The notes under the pieces: model-generated
The model's input: only the letters and a program-made list of their open reading frames with translations
Databases searched by the model: none
Told to the model about the DNA's origin: nothing
Program-made: the position numbers and the translations under genes
From: Opitutales bacterium
GTDB taxonomy: Bacteria; Verrucomicrobiota; Verrucomicrobiia; Opitutales; UBA2987
NCBI GenBank assembly: GCA_965226885.1
Contig: CBDDEL010000016.1
Coordinates: forward strand, 832,001-896,000
Direction of reading: 5' to 3'
DNA length: 64,000 bases
In this document: one piece after another, positions 42,214-52,797 of the stretch
Layout: the number at the start of each line of letters is the position of its first letter
Numbering within the stretch: position 1 is the stretch's first letter

Positions 42214-45200
42214 TCAGCGCGAAACCCGCAAACGTGCCATAAGGTTGGTGTTCGTCCCGATCGGTATCCTGGCCTCGACGATCTCCATCGCCGGAAGGTC
42301 TTGCAGGATTTCTTCAATCACGCCTGTTTCCGACCAGTTGACGCCATCCACGGACCATTCGACCACTCCAGTTATTCCGGGGGCTGTTTTCATTCTTTGG
42401 TACACAAAACGCAAAAATTCGGTATCTGCGGATAAATTAAAGGTGTTTTCGCCTACCAGATCCCTCACATTCGGGTCCAGCCCCATGAAGGCTTCCACCA
42501 GGTTGGGCAGAAAATCATGGTCTGGATCGGCCCGGTCACCCCAAAGGGTGGCTTCCTTTCCACCATCGGCCAGATCCGTCGAACTAAAAACAAGGGCGCG
42601 CCAATCCTCAATTGTTGTCGGATAAACGATCACCAACTGGTCTAGCCAACCCGCATCCTCGCCGATGTTGTATAAAAAGTCCTTTTCATAAGACCATTTC
42701 AAAGTATGTGTTCCCGCGTCCAGATTAATGATCCGCTGGCTCCAATCCTGCTCCCCGTTTATGGTTAAGAGAAGCGCTCTTTCAAGCTCTCCTTCATTGA
42801 GGTAAAACTTGAGTAAGTCGAAAAAGGCTTCGGAAGACACCTTCCACCAGAATGAGACCGTTGCCGGGCCGGAAACCGTTGTTTGGATGGCGGAGTGGCT
42901 ACTCCGCGTAGTCGGGCCCGATTGCAGGGCGTCCTGCCCGTCATTAGTGAAAGTGGACTGCACAAACCAGGAGGTTTCCTCAAGGCTCCACACGAGATTA
43001 ATACTTCCATTTTCCAAAGCGCCATTGTAAATGGCATCCACATCGACGATTTGCAGTTCGTCCACCCAAACAGCGTCTTCATGTCCGAAAACAGAAAAGT
43101 CTTTCTCATAAATCCAGCGGACATTGTGGGAACCCCCCGGAACCCGCAGCAATTGCCGATGCCAGTCCCTATTTCCGGCGATGGCCGCCTGGGGATCATT
43201 GTCGATCGCAATTGTCAGAAAATCGTAATAAGTTTCCGTGGACGATTTCCACCAAAAAGCCAGGTCCACCGGACCGGTGACCGAAAAGGAAAACTCGGAC
43301 AATTCCAAGTCATCAAGATGCCCGCTTTGCAGGGCGTCCACACCATCATGCTGCACAATGGACTGGGGAAACCAGAAGGCGCTTCCCGCTTCATTCCAGT
43401 TTTGTTCGGAATAATCGAGGGCTTCGCCGATGGGGTCGTCGCCGAATACATCGACAACCGCCTCAAGGCTTGTGTCCATTCCAAAATCATTGGACACGAC
43501 CACGCGGTAGCGGCCCGCATTGCTTTTGGTCACCGATGCGATAAATAAGGTTGCCCCGGTCTCTCCGTCAATTGGCGTCTGGTCCTTCTCCCATTGAAAC
43601 TGCAAGGTGGCATTCCCAAATGATTCCACAAGAAGGTTGAGCGCATCTCCCTCCAGCAAGCTGACCGATACCGGGTGATTAAAAATAAAAGGCTCCTCAA
43701 TATTGGCCGAAACATATTGCACATCGTCCACCCAACCCCGGTCTTCCTCATCGAATAACAAAAAGTCTTTGCTATAATTCCATTCCAGGGTCTGTGTACC
43801 GGCGGGAATTTCTACCATAACCTCCTTCCAGTCCTCCTCGCCTGATATGAAGTCGATGAGCTGCCCGCCGATAAAAAAGAGGAGGAAATCGAAATTGGCC
43901 TCCGAGGAAATCTTCCACCAAAAATTAATGATTCCGGGACCCTTGACGGTAGATTGCAAGCGGCTCTGTTCTTCGTCACCGATAGTGCCGCTCGCCAGTG
44001 AATCGTCATCCAAATGGCCGCGCCCGGTGCCGCTGTCCACAAACCAATTGGCATCGCCGGAAGTGATAAAAGATAGCCCCCCGCCATCCACAGCAGCGCT
44101 ATAAGCGGGATTGGTAATGCCAATTTCCAAATCCCCGGTGTTGGTCGTCTCACCGGCGGCGTTACCCACAATTACCTGGTACTGGCCAGCGTCCGATGGC
44201 CCAACATTGCTCAAAACCAGGGAACTGCCAGTCTGTCCGGAGATTGTAACTCCATCCTTTAACCATCGATAGGTGAGGACTCCCCCACCCTCCGCCTGCA
44301 CCGACAGGGTAACCGGCGAACCCTCGCCCACAATGGGGTTCCCAATCCCCCGGGTAATTTCAGGATACCGCAATACGGTTCCCAGCGACAGCGAACCGGC
44401 CAGGTTGGCCCGGCGGCCGGTGCGAGTTTTTCCTTGATAAACGCTCACCGCCTCCGCCCCTCCGTAAAGCCTGTCGATAAGCGTGATATAGTCTTCCCCC
44501 TGAAACTGAGCCATTAGAACCGCCAGCAATCCACTGACATGGGGGCAAGCCATGGAGGTGCCGCTGAGCGTGGCATAGGCGCTGTCGCTACCGTTCCCCA
44601 GGGAGAGGATGGAAGAACCGGGAGCGGCAATATCTACGCTGCTTTCGCCAAAATTTGAAAAAGTAGAGAGGCCGTCATTGCGTGTCATGCTGGTTACGGA
44701 AACAATATTATCACGGGTGTAGCTAGTGGGGTAGGATGGGATATTGTCATTGTCGGCGCCATCGGTTCCAGGGACGGCATCGTTTCCGGCCGCCGCAACG
44801 AAGATGATACCTTCCGCCTGGGCCCGGCCTATGGCGTCGTCCAAGGATTGGGAAAAACCGCTCCCGCCCCAACTGTTGCTTAGAATGTCCGCCTCCATTG
44901 CAATGGCATAATTGATGCATTCAATGGCACCGGAAACAAATCCACTGCCCTCAGAGTCGAGAAATTTTAGAGCCATGATCTGCACATCCCAAGCCACACC
45001 TGTCACCCCCACGCCATTGTTTCCCACCGCCCCGATGGTGCCCGAAACATGGGTGCCGTGCCCAACGACATCGTCGTCTAAAGGATCCCCCGAACCGGTG
45101 ATGGCATTGATCCCGAAAATGTCGTCAATGTAGTCGTTGCCGTCGTCGTCGACCCCCTGCAATCCATCCCGTTCAACAGTATTTTCCCACATATTGGCCT

Positions 45201-46032
45201 GCAAATCCTGGTGGGTGTAGCGAGCGCCCGTGTCGATCACTGCGACAATCACATTGGAAGCATCGTGGCGAATATCCCAGCCTTCCGGGGCATCCATATC
45301 GGCATCGGGCTTGCCGCCGCTTTGGCCGATGTTGTGCAGGCCCCATTGTTCGTCAAAACGAGGATCATCGTCGGGAAAGGTGGTGTAGGCGTGAACAACG
45401 TAATCGGGCTCCGCATAAGCCACTGCCTCGGGCATTTTCTTCAACTTATCCAGAGCCAGATGCAATTTCTCGGGATCGATGTCGGGCAGTTCCATAAAAA
45501 ACAGGTTTTGACCGCTTGGGTGAGGTCTCAGGGAAGCGCCCAGGTTGCCGGTCAGGCGGGAAAGATTGCCTCCATCGAAGTCGGGATTCATTTTAATAAG
45601 CAAGTGATTGGCCGCCATCTCCCTGCGGGCAACGGTTTTTTCGGCTACAGGGCCGGCATCCCGCAAGACCTTTTCCTCAATCAGGACGGGATACGGAAGA
45701 TCGACGGGCTGCACCACAAACTGCCGCCACAAATACTTTTTCCCGTTCCCCGGCATCTCCTTTTCATTGGCCAGCAGAAGCTTCGCCCTGGGCCATCCAG
45801 TGGGCAGCAACAGCGGTTCAGGTTCAGTCTGCTTCGTAAGCCCAGAAACGGATGACGATTTTACGGCCGGAAATGGATTGCCCGGCTGGACATTCCGGAT
45901 CGACGGAGAAACCATGGGGGGAGGCTTTCCCTCCTTCCCGGAAAAAAAAGAATGCAGCCCCAGGCCCACCCCCAATATCGCAAGAGCGAAAAAGGCCGTT
46001 AACAAGGCCACTTGCCTCTTTTGAACTCTCAT
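42214..46032 (-). CDS. S8 subtilisin-like protease with Ig-like and repeated beta-sandwich domains (1272 aa)
   Basis: Triad VAVIDTG / HGTHVSG / GTSMACP; two Ig-like units (YRWLKDG...DAGQYQV; FQWEKD...NAGRYRV); three FWWKxSxE repeats. Confidence 0.94.
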   Translation of the reverse strand: MRVQKRQVALLTAFFALAILGVGLGLHSFFSGKEGKPPPMVSPSIRNVQPGNPFPAVKSSSVSGLTKQTEPEPLLLPTGWPRAKLLLANEKEMPGNGKKYLWRQFVVQPVDLPYPVLIEEKVLRDAGPVAEKTVARREMAANHLLIKMNPDFDGGNLSRLTGNLGASLRPHPSGQNLFFMELPDIDPEKLHLALDKLKKMPEAVAYAEPDYVVHAYTTFPDDDPRFDEQWGLHNIGQSGGKPDADMDAPEGWDIRHDASNVIVAVIDTGARYTHQDLQANMWENTVERDGLQGVDDDGNDYIDDIFGINAITGSGDPLDDDVVGHGTHVSGTIGAVGNNGVGVTGVAWDVQIMALKFLDSEGSGFVSGAIECINYAIAMEADILSNSWGGSGFSQSLDDAIGRAQAEGIIFVAAAGNDAVPGTDGADNDNIPSYPTSYTRDNIVSVTSMTRNDGLSTFSNFGESSVDIAAPGSSILSLGNGSDSAYATLSGTSMACPHVSGLLAVLMAQFQGEDYITLIDRLYGGAEAVSVYQGKTRTGRRANLAGSLSLGTVLRYPEITRGIGNPIVGEGSPVTLSVQAEGGGVLTYRWLKDGVTISGQTGSSLVLSNVGPSDAGQYQVIVGNAAGETTNTGDLEIGITNPAYSAAVDGGGLSFITSGDANWFVDSGTGRGHLDDDSLASGTIGDEEQSRLQSTVKGPGIINFWWKISSEANFDFLLFFIGGQLIDFISGEEDWKEVMVEIPAGTQTLEWNYSKDFLLFDEEDRGWVDDVQYVSANIEEPFIFNHPVSVSLLEGDALNLLVESFGNATLQFQWEKDQTPIDGETGATLFIASVTKSNAGRYRVVVSNDFGMDTSLEAVVDVFGDDPIGEALDYSEQNWNEAGSAFWFPQSIVQHDGVDALQSGHLDDLELSEFSFSVTGPVDLAFWWKSSTETYYDFLTIAIDNDPQAAIAGNRDWHRQLLRVPGGSHNVRWIYEKDFSVFGHEDAVWVDELQIVDVDAIYNGALENGSINLVWSLEETSWFVQSTFTNDGQDALQSGPTTRSSHSAIQTTVSGPATVSFWWKVSSEAFFDLLKFYLNEGELERALLLTINGEQDWSQRIINLDAGTHTLKWSYEKDFLYNIGEDAGWLDQLVIVYPTTIEDWRALVFSSTDLADGGKEATLWGDRADPDHDFLPNLVEAFMGLDPNVRDLVGENTFNLSADTEFLRFVYQRMKTAPGITGVVEWSVDGVNWSETGVIEEILQDLPAMEIVEARIPIGTNTNLMARLRVSR

Positions 46033-46287
46033 TTGTTAAGCGCTGGAAAATAGGATGGGGATTGTAAATTTATCGGACTGGAAGCATTTTAGCGATTCGC
46101 TTCACGGCCGGGCGAAACGGGTGTGTTGCAAATTTTTAATGGTACCACCAATGGCCTTCGGAGCCAAGCATATAATCTATGGAACGCTTTCATGGGCAAA
46201 CTCTTCGAGAGTAAAATTCACTCGACAAAAGGGGGGTTGGGAAAGTTTATCTTTCAACCTGCGGCGGTCGGAACTAATTAGAACCTA

Positions 46288-47374
46288 ATGCAAATGGTTG
46301 TTCATCACGAATTATTGAAAGAATTCATCTCTCGCGCATTAACCGCCTGCGGAGTGCCCGAAGCCGATGCCAAAACAGCCTCCGGGGTCCTCATAGCGAG
46401 CGATCTGCGGGGCATTGATTCCCATGGAGTTGCCCGCCTTCATTTTTATTTGGATAATATTCGCAACGGCCGAATCAATCCTAAACCAGAGATTCGGGTT
46501 ATCCGGGAAACAGCATCAACCGCCCTGGTAGATGGCGACGAAGGCCTCGGGTTGGTGGTCGGGCCGCATACCAATCGTATGGCCATGGAAAAGGCCGAAG
46601 CCTGCGGTTCGGGTTGGGTATCGGTGCGCAATTCCAATCATTACGGGATCGCCGGCTACTATCCCATGCAAGCCTTGGAGCGGGATATCATCGGGCTGGT
46701 CCATGACCAACGCCTCCGCCCTCGTAACGCCCATTGGAGGGGCCGAGAGGATGATCGGCACCAATCCCATCGCTATCGCTTTTCCAGGCAAAGAGGAACC
46801 ACCCATCGTCATAGACATGGCAACCTCCTCGGTAGCCTTTGGAAAAATTGAGATCGCCATACGAGAGGGAAAATCTATCAGCAGTGGCTGGGGTACCGAT
46901 AAAAATGGCCGGCCTACCCAAAACCCACAGGAAGTGGCGGATGGCGGCACCCTCCTCCCTCTGGGTTCGACTCCCGAACAAAGCGGCCACAAAGGCACCT
47001 GCCTGGCAGTTATGGTGGATATGCTGACCTCCGTCCTCTCGGGCGCAAACTGGGGCCCTTATGTGCGGCCCTTCGTATCTAAAAACCCGCCCCCCGAAAA
47101 ACAGGTGGGCAAGGGAACCGGCCACTTTTTCGGAGCCCTCCAGATCGAGGGTTTTATGGATGCGGAGCAATTTAAGAGAGAGGTCGATCAATGGATCCGG
47201 ACCATGCGCAAAACAAGAGCTTCGGAAGGCTCGGATGGAGTCCTTATTCCCGGCGATCCCGAACGCCGGGCGGAGGAGCAAAGAACCGCCGAGGGCATTC
47301 CCCTGCTGCCGCAAGTGATCGCCAACCTGAAAAAGGTAGCCGAGCAAACCGGAGTCCCCTTTCCTTGTCCGTAA
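46288..47374 (+). pseudogene. Ldh_2-family (malate/L-lactate-type) oxidoreductase, single frameshift
   Basis: DLRGIDSHG, NSNHYG, GTNPIAIA, DMATS, HKG, IPGDPE; one extra G at 46693-46695 (could be a sequencing error). Confidence 0.88.
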
Positions 47375-47392
47375 GCATCGGATGTCAAGTAT

Positions 47393-48421
47393 ATGAAACT
47401 AATGCTGAAACTTTTAAATCGCTCATTTCGTTTGCCTCTGATCACGCTTATCTGCCTTTCATTCGGCAGCCCGGAAACGATGCGGGGAGAAGAAAATTTT
47501 GGGCTCATCCTGCATGGCGGAGCGGGGACCATTACCAAGGCCACCATGACCCCGGAGTTGGATGCGAAATACCGGGGAAAATTGACCGAGGCTCTCAAAA
47601 AGGGCTACCGCATACTTAAAAAAGGCGGCACCAGCATCGACGCGGTGACGGCAGCTCTGGTTATTCTGGAAGATTCTCCCCTCTTCAACGCTGGCAAGGG
47701 TTCCGTCTTTACAAACTCCGGAATTAATGAGCTGGACGCCTCCATCATGGACGGGCAAACCTTGCAGGCAGGGGCAGTCTCGGGTGTCAAAACCGTCAAA
47801 AATCCGATTCTTCTGGCCAGGAAAGTGATGGAAAAATCCCCCCACGTACTTCTTTCGGGAGAAGGCGCCGCTTCCTTTGCCGAGGCCCAAGGTCTGCAAT
47901 TAGTGGATCCGGATTATTTTTTCACGGAAAAACGGTGGCAGTCCCTGCTAAAAATCAAGGCCAGGGAAGCGGATCGTAAACCTGCCCTCAAAAAAGCCAA
48001 AGAACACGGCACGGTTGGAGCGGCCGCTCTCGATAAAAATGGCCACCTGGCGGCTGGCACCTCAACCGGCGGAATGACCAACAAACGTTTCGGGCGGATT
48101 GGCGATTCACCACTCATCGGGGCCGGCTCCTATGCCGACAATAAAACCTGCGCCGTTTCCTCCACCGGGCATGGCGAATATTTTATACGCCTGGTGGCGG
48201 CCCACGACATCTCCGCCTTGATGGAATATAAGGGCCTCTCCTTGCAGGAAGCCGCCCAACAAGTGATTATGGAAAAGCTGACCGCCCTGGGCGGAACCGG
48301 CGGGGTAGTGGCCATCGATAAAGACGGCAACATGGCAATGCCCTTCAATACCGAGGGCATGTACCGGGGATGGGTCGAGCGGGATGGGAAAATAACGGTT
48401 AAAATTTACAGGGATGAATGA
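47393..48421 (+). CDS. iaaA: Isoaspartyl peptidase / L-asparaginase (Ntn hydrolase)
   Basis: LHGGAG, LEDSPLFNAGKG, HGTVGA (Thr nucleophile), TSTGG, GRIGDSP, STGHGE. Confidence 0.93.
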   Translation: MKLMLKLLNRSFRLPLITLICLSFGSPETMRGEENFGLILHGGAGTITKATMTPELDAKYRGKLTEALKKGYRILKKGGTSIDAVTAALVILEDSPLFNAGKGSVFTNSGINELDASIMDGQTLQAGAVSGVKTVKNPILLARKVMEKSPHVLLSGEGAASFAEAQGLQLVDPDYFFTEKRWQSLLKIKAREADRKPALKKAKEHGTVGAAALDKNGHLAAGTSTGGMTNKRFGRIGDSPLIGAGSYADNKTCAVSSTGHGEYFIRLVAAHDISALMEYKGLSLQEAAQQVIMEKLTALGGTGGVVAIDKDGNMAMPFNTEGMYRGWVERDGKITVKIYRDE

Positions 48422-48465
48422 CAACATGCGGCTAAACCCACATAATTCAGCAAAAAAAAATCGTT

Positions 48466-49065
48466 ATGACATGGATTAAGACAATCGAAAGCGATGAGGC
48501 CACAGGCCAGCTCAAATCGCTCTATGACCAGGTAAAAACTGCGGACGGCCAGATCGACAATATCCTGAAATCGCACAGCCTGCGGCCACGCACCCTGCAA
48601 GCCCATCTCACCCTTTACAAAGCGGCCATGCACAGCCGGCCCAATTCGCTTTCTCCGCGGGAGAGGGAACTGGTGGGCGTTTGCGTGTCCCAGTTAAACG
48701 GATGCGAGTATTGCGTAGAACATCATCGGACCGGCCTGGCTCGTCACGTGGGAAGCGAATCACTGGCCCTGGCCCTGGCTGAGGCAGTCATCGGAAATCC
48801 TTCCCAAGTTCAATTAACGGAACGGGAAACGGCCCTAACCTCTTATGCCGCCAAACTGACCCGCACTCCCGCCCAAATGACGGAGAAGGATATTGAGCAA
48901 CTGCGCAAGACCGGCCTAGACGATGCGGGCATTCTCGACCTCAATCAGATTGTCGCCTATTTTTCCTATGCCAACCGCACCGTGCTCGGTTTGGGGGTAT
49001 CCCTGCAGGACGAACCCTTGGGATTGCATCCGGACGAAAGGGAGGAAGGCTTCCAACACTCATAA
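48466..49065 (+). CDS. Peroxidase-related AhpD/CMD family protein
   Basis: ERELVGVCVSQLNGCEYCVEHH, AYFSYANR. Confidence 0.9.
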   Translation: MTWIKTIESDEATGQLKSLYDQVKTADGQIDNILKSHSLRPRTLQAHLTLYKAAMHSRPNSLSPRERELVGVCVSQLNGCEYCVEHHRTGLARHVGSESLALALAEAVIGNPSQVQLTERETALTSYAAKLTRTPAQMTEKDIEQLRKTGLDDAGILDLNQIVAYFSYANRTVLGLGVSLQDEPLGLHPDEREEGFQHS

Positions 49066-49108
49066 AGCAACCAATCCGCCGGAAATAGAAAAGTGCAGTC
49101 TGAAACTA

Positions 49109-49492
49109 TTATGAACCAACCAATTCCTTGGCCGTTGCGATGAGTTCAGCGACCTCGAAAGGTTTGAAAAAAGTATGCTTCACCCCGAGAAGACGAGCTG
49201 TATCAAGGTATGCTTTGGGGCCATGGCTGCCGCCCCCGGAGATGGCAATTATTTTTACACCGGGGTAATCTCTTTTTAATTCTATGATTGTTTCGATGCC
49301 TTCTTTTTCAGGCATAATGATGTCTGCAATAACCAAATCGGCCGGATTTTCCCGGTACATGCTGAGGGCTTCCAGACCGTTGATGGCCGTTTCAACCTCG
49401 AATCCATCGTCGCTGAGCATGCATTGCAGCATCTCCCGAAAGACAGGATCGTCATCAACAACTAAAATGCGCCCCTTAGTCGGATTTGTCAT
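49109..49492 (-). CDS. Single-domain response regulator
   Basis: LVVDDD, ADIIMPEKEG, IIAISGGG, FKPF. Confidence 0.92.
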   Translation of the reverse strand: MTNPTKGRILVVDDDPVFREMLQCMLSDDGFEVETAINGLEALSMYRENPADLVIADIIMPEKEGIETIIELKRDYPGVKIIAISGGGSHGPKAYLDTARLLGVKHTFFKPFEVAELIATAKELVGS

Positions 49493-49544
49493 AATTCTTA
49501 TACATTCGTTCTAATCATCCTTTTCTTAATTCTTAAATTAATCC

Positions 49545-50456
49545 ATGCCTCCGGAAATTTCAAACAAATACTTGCCAAATATCGAATTCGCCATCTTCGA
49601 TGTGGATAATGTTATCATCGATACCATCGATGCGGCGGAAAAGGCCCAGTGGGCTCTGGGGGAAGCCTTGACCCATTTCTTGGACGCGGATTCGGCCAAA
49701 CGAGTGGAGAATCGCTTCGTTTTCCACTACAACACCCTGGCCGAGCAGGCCAAAGCAGGTGCGGGAGTCATCGAAAAAAATTTTACAACCCTCCTGGGCC
49801 GCATCAAAGCCTGGCAACAAGGCGTATTGGGGGATGGCTGGGAATTAAAATTGTGGTCCCGCGAAGTCCTCCTGGCCATCGCTCTGGAGCAATCAGACAT
49901 CCCTGTCGGAAAAGCATTGATCGAAGACTGCCTGCAACCCTACTGGACCGCCCTGACCAAGGAATCCAAGATAAGACCGGACGCCGTGGAAACCATCGAG
50001 CGCTGTCGCCAATCGGGCATCGCCATACATCTGGCCACCGCCAGCGATGGTTTTCTCGATTTCAACGACAAGGAAAAGACCTTTTTCTATCATCCGCCGA
50101 CGGCCGTCAGGCGCAAACTGGATCGTATGAAAATTCTCCAAAAACTCGGCCTGAGAGACTCGGACGTGAGCGTCGGCGATCCCATCGGGAAACCGGATGA
50201 GCGATTTTTCAGCCAGGTCTTGCTAGATTTTGAAATAAAACTGGGCCGTAAAATCGATTTGGGGCGAACCCTGGCGATTGGAGATAATGTCAGCGATGAC
50301 GTCCTGCCGCTTCTAAAACTAGGCGTGGCCCGAGGCGCTTGGCTGGCGGTCCATGCCAACATCAAGGGTAAACCGATACTTTTAGACAATAACCGACGCG
50401 TCGACGTGGTCAACTCATTGACGAAACTGGAAAATATCCCCTGGACAACGCAATAG
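49545..50456 (+). CDS. HAD-superfamily hydrolase
   Basis: FDVDNV (motif I), GKPDERFF (III), IGDNVSDD (IV). Confidence 0.8.
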   Translation: MPPEISNKYLPNIEFAIFDVDNVIIDTIDAAEKAQWALGEALTHFLDADSAKRVENRFVFHYNTLAEQAKAGAGVIEKNFTTLLGRIKAWQQGVLGDGWELKLWSREVLLAIALEQSDIPVGKALIEDCLQPYWTALTKESKIRPDAVETIERCRQSGIAIHLATASDGFLDFNDKEKTFFYHPPTAVRRKLDRMKILQKLGLRDSDVSVGDPIGKPDERFFSQVLLDFEIKLGRKIDLGRTLAIGDNVSDDVLPLLKLGVARGAWLAVHANIKGKPILLDNNRRVDVVNSLTKLENIPWTTQ

Positions 50457-50573
50457 CCCGAAATCTGCTTTTACCATTGCAAAAAAAATTTAGGCGCACA
50501 TTTTCACTTCGCTTTTGAGAAAAAAATTTCTTTGATTTTCACATCGAATGTTAACCGGAAGCAGTAAGTTTAT

Positions 50574-51539
50574 ATGAAGCGCAAATTATTGATTGATACG
50601 GATACGGCTTCGGACGACGCAGTAGCTCTGTTGCTGGCCTTGCGCCATCCCGAGGTGGAGGTGGTCGCCATTACGGTTGTGAGCGGCAACGTCACGCTGG
50701 CCCAGGGCGTGGCAAACGCCCTCGTAACGGCAGAATTATGCGGTTCCGATGTTCCCGTTTATGCGGGCGCGGACAAACCTCTGTTGCGTGAAGCCGAATA
50801 TGCCGAATGGTTCCACGGCCAGGACGGCATGGGCGATCAATTTTATCCTCCCCCAAAACGGCAGCCGGAATCAAAACACGCCGTCGATGCCATAATCGAT
50901 ATCCTGGCCCAAGAATCGGATGTCGAAGTGGTCACTCTGGGCCCGTTGACTAACCTGGCCCTCGCCCTGCAAAAGAGGCCGTCGCTCGCCGAGAGGGTTA
51001 AAAAATGCTGCATCATGGGTGGCGCGCCCTGCACGGTGGGAAACGTCACCCCGGCGGCGGAGTTCAATATCTGGGTAGATCCAGAGGCGGCCCAGATTGT
51101 TTTCCGATCCGGAATGCCCATTGAGATGGTCGGCTGGCAACTCTGCCGCGGAGAGGCCAATCTAGGAACGGACGACATAGATCTGGTGAGAAGTTTCAAC
51201 ACCCCCTACGGCCATTTTGCAATCGACTGCAATCGCACCGCCATGGAAGCCAACCGCACTCAGTCGGGAGAAATCGGCATTCCCCTGCCCGATCCCACAA
51301 CCATGGGCATCGCGCTCGATCCCACACTCTGCACTGAACGCAGCCAACATCGGGTGGAAATAGAAACCGAAGGCAAATTCACACGCGGCATGACCGTGGT
51401 GGACCAGCTCAACGTCGCCCACGACGAGCGCAACCAAGACCTCTGGCAGCCAAATGGATCAGGCAACCCCAACGTCACCATCTGCTGGAGCCTGGACATT
51501 CCGCGTTGGAAGGCCCTGCTCTTCCGCCTGCTCCGATAA
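50574..51539 (+). CDS. Nucleoside hydrolase (IUNH family)
   Basis: DTDTASDD, HGQDGMG, GPLTNLA, AEFNIWVDPEAA; LPDP at the usual LHDP position. Confidence 0.93.
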   Translation: MKRKLLIDTDTASDDAVALLLALRHPEVEVVAITVVSGNVTLAQGVANALVTAELCGSDVPVYAGADKPLLREAEYAEWFHGQDGMGDQFYPPPKRQPESKHAVDAIIDILAQESDVEVVTLGPLTNLALALQKRPSLAERVKKCCIMGGAPCTVGNVTPAAEFNIWVDPEAAQIVFRSGMPIEMVGWQLCRGEANLGTDDIDLVRSFNTPYGHFAIDCNRTAMEANRTQSGEIGIPLPDPTTMGIALDPTLCTERSQHRVEIETEGKFTRGMTVVDQLNVAHDERNQDLWQPNGSGNPNVTICWSLDIPRWKALLFRLLR

Positions 51540-51693
51540 GCAAAGTAGTTAATGTTCATAATTCATATTCGGCCTTTGGAGATAAGCATGGGGTTCCCAT
51601 GTTGCCGTAAATACTCGGAGATGTCTACTTATCCAGTACACATCAACTTTTTTATCAGAAAATTAAATCCACTGATAATCAAGTGGTTAAAAG

Positions 51694-51770
51694 TGGTCGG
51701 GACGACTGGATTCGAACCAGCGGCATCTTGCTCCCAAAGCAAGCACTCTACCAGGCTGAGCTACGTCCCG
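51694..51770 (-). tRNA. tRNA-Pro (TGG)
   Basis: Reverse complement CGGGACGTAGCTCAGCCTGGTAGAG...CTTGC-ttTGGga-GCAAG...GGTTCGAATCC...CGTCCCGACCA. Confidence 0.96.
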
Positions 51771-51939
51771 CCATCTTGAAGACCAAACCCGGGTTTCCCC
51801 AGGTCCGGCTCAAATGAAGGCGATCTTTCTTTCCTAATTTTGCAGTCGGGTCAAGTTCTCTATTTCTTTCTTTATCTAAAACATATCTCTAATTAATGCG
51901 GCTTGCCCAAAACGAATATGGGCTTATTCTGTCTGTCTC

Positions 51940-52593
51940 ATGGTTGAGGAAGATTTAGATTTTGAAGTAGAATCCGACCCCGGCACCGACCCGCAGGAAA
52001 ACAATCCAAGGGAGTTGCAAAAATCCAAAATACCCGCCTGGCTGGGGTTTTTAGGTCTTATCCTCGGCGCCACCGGAATAATTCTGGCCTTGATGGCAAG
52101 GGGTGATTTGAGCGAATTTCGGGACGAGTTAGATTCCGGGCCAGATCCTTTGCCGGGATTGCAGGTCGAGTTGGACGCCCTCAAGGATAACCTCGCCGCC
52201 TTGGACCGGGATCTGGCAATAAGCAATTCCCGCCTCGAAACGATTGTAAATCAAACCCAGAGAGCTTTCGAAGATGTCATGCGGGAGGTAAAAGCGAACC
52301 GCGTAGAAATTAATAAAAATGGCAAATTGCTGGGAGAAATGGGTCAGCGAATCTTTTCTCTGGAAAATGAAAAAAGCGGTCCCGGCCCAATTAGGACTCA
52401 AAGCGCGGCTCCATCTGCGCCCTCGACCCCGGCCGAAAAACCCGCGGATGGCTACCACATCATTGAATCGGGGGATAGTTTTGACAAATTGGCCAAACAA
52501 TACGGCACCACCATCGAAGCGTTCATGAACAGCAATCCAGGGTTGGATCCCCGGCGGCTGCAAATCGGCCAGCAAGTTAAAATACCGGAATAA
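51940..52593 (+). CDS. Membrane-anchored coiled-coil protein with C-terminal LysM domain
   Basis: One TM helix; YHIIESGDSFDKLAKQYG...NPGLDPRRLQIGQQVKIP. Confidence 0.9.
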   Translation: MVEEDLDFEVESDPGTDPQENNPRELQKSKIPAWLGFLGLILGATGIILALMARGDLSEFRDELDSGPDPLPGLQVELDALKDNLAALDRDLAISNSRLETIVNQTQRAFEDVMREVKANRVEINKNGKLLGEMGQRIFSLENEKSGPGPIRTQSAAPSAPSTPAEKPADGYHIIESGDSFDKLAKQYGTTIEAFMNSNPGLDPRRLQIGQQVKIPE

Positions 52594-52797
52594 ATGTACT
52601 TTCCCGAAACTCAACTTTTTGGAAAAATGCCAGGTTTGAAAGGCAATGGGCCGGAAAAGCCGCCTGATCAAGCAGGGTATTTCAAGGGCTGATGTTCCCT
52701 TGACATTGGACCGGCCTTACCCTAGCTATTCATTCAGTCGCATACCTGCCGTTCTAATGACATAATTCGTTCTATAACAACATAACCGCTGTTTTTT

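Noticed and set aside
42213..42317. Upstream start for the acyl-CoA synthetase (545 aa)
   Set aside because: Overlaps the subtilase C-terminus; the ATG at 42212 gives a normal-length enzyme.
52700..52729. Promoter for the ACP cluster (TTGACA, 17 nt, TAGCTA)
   Set aside because: Perfect -35 but a poor -10; not enough support to call.
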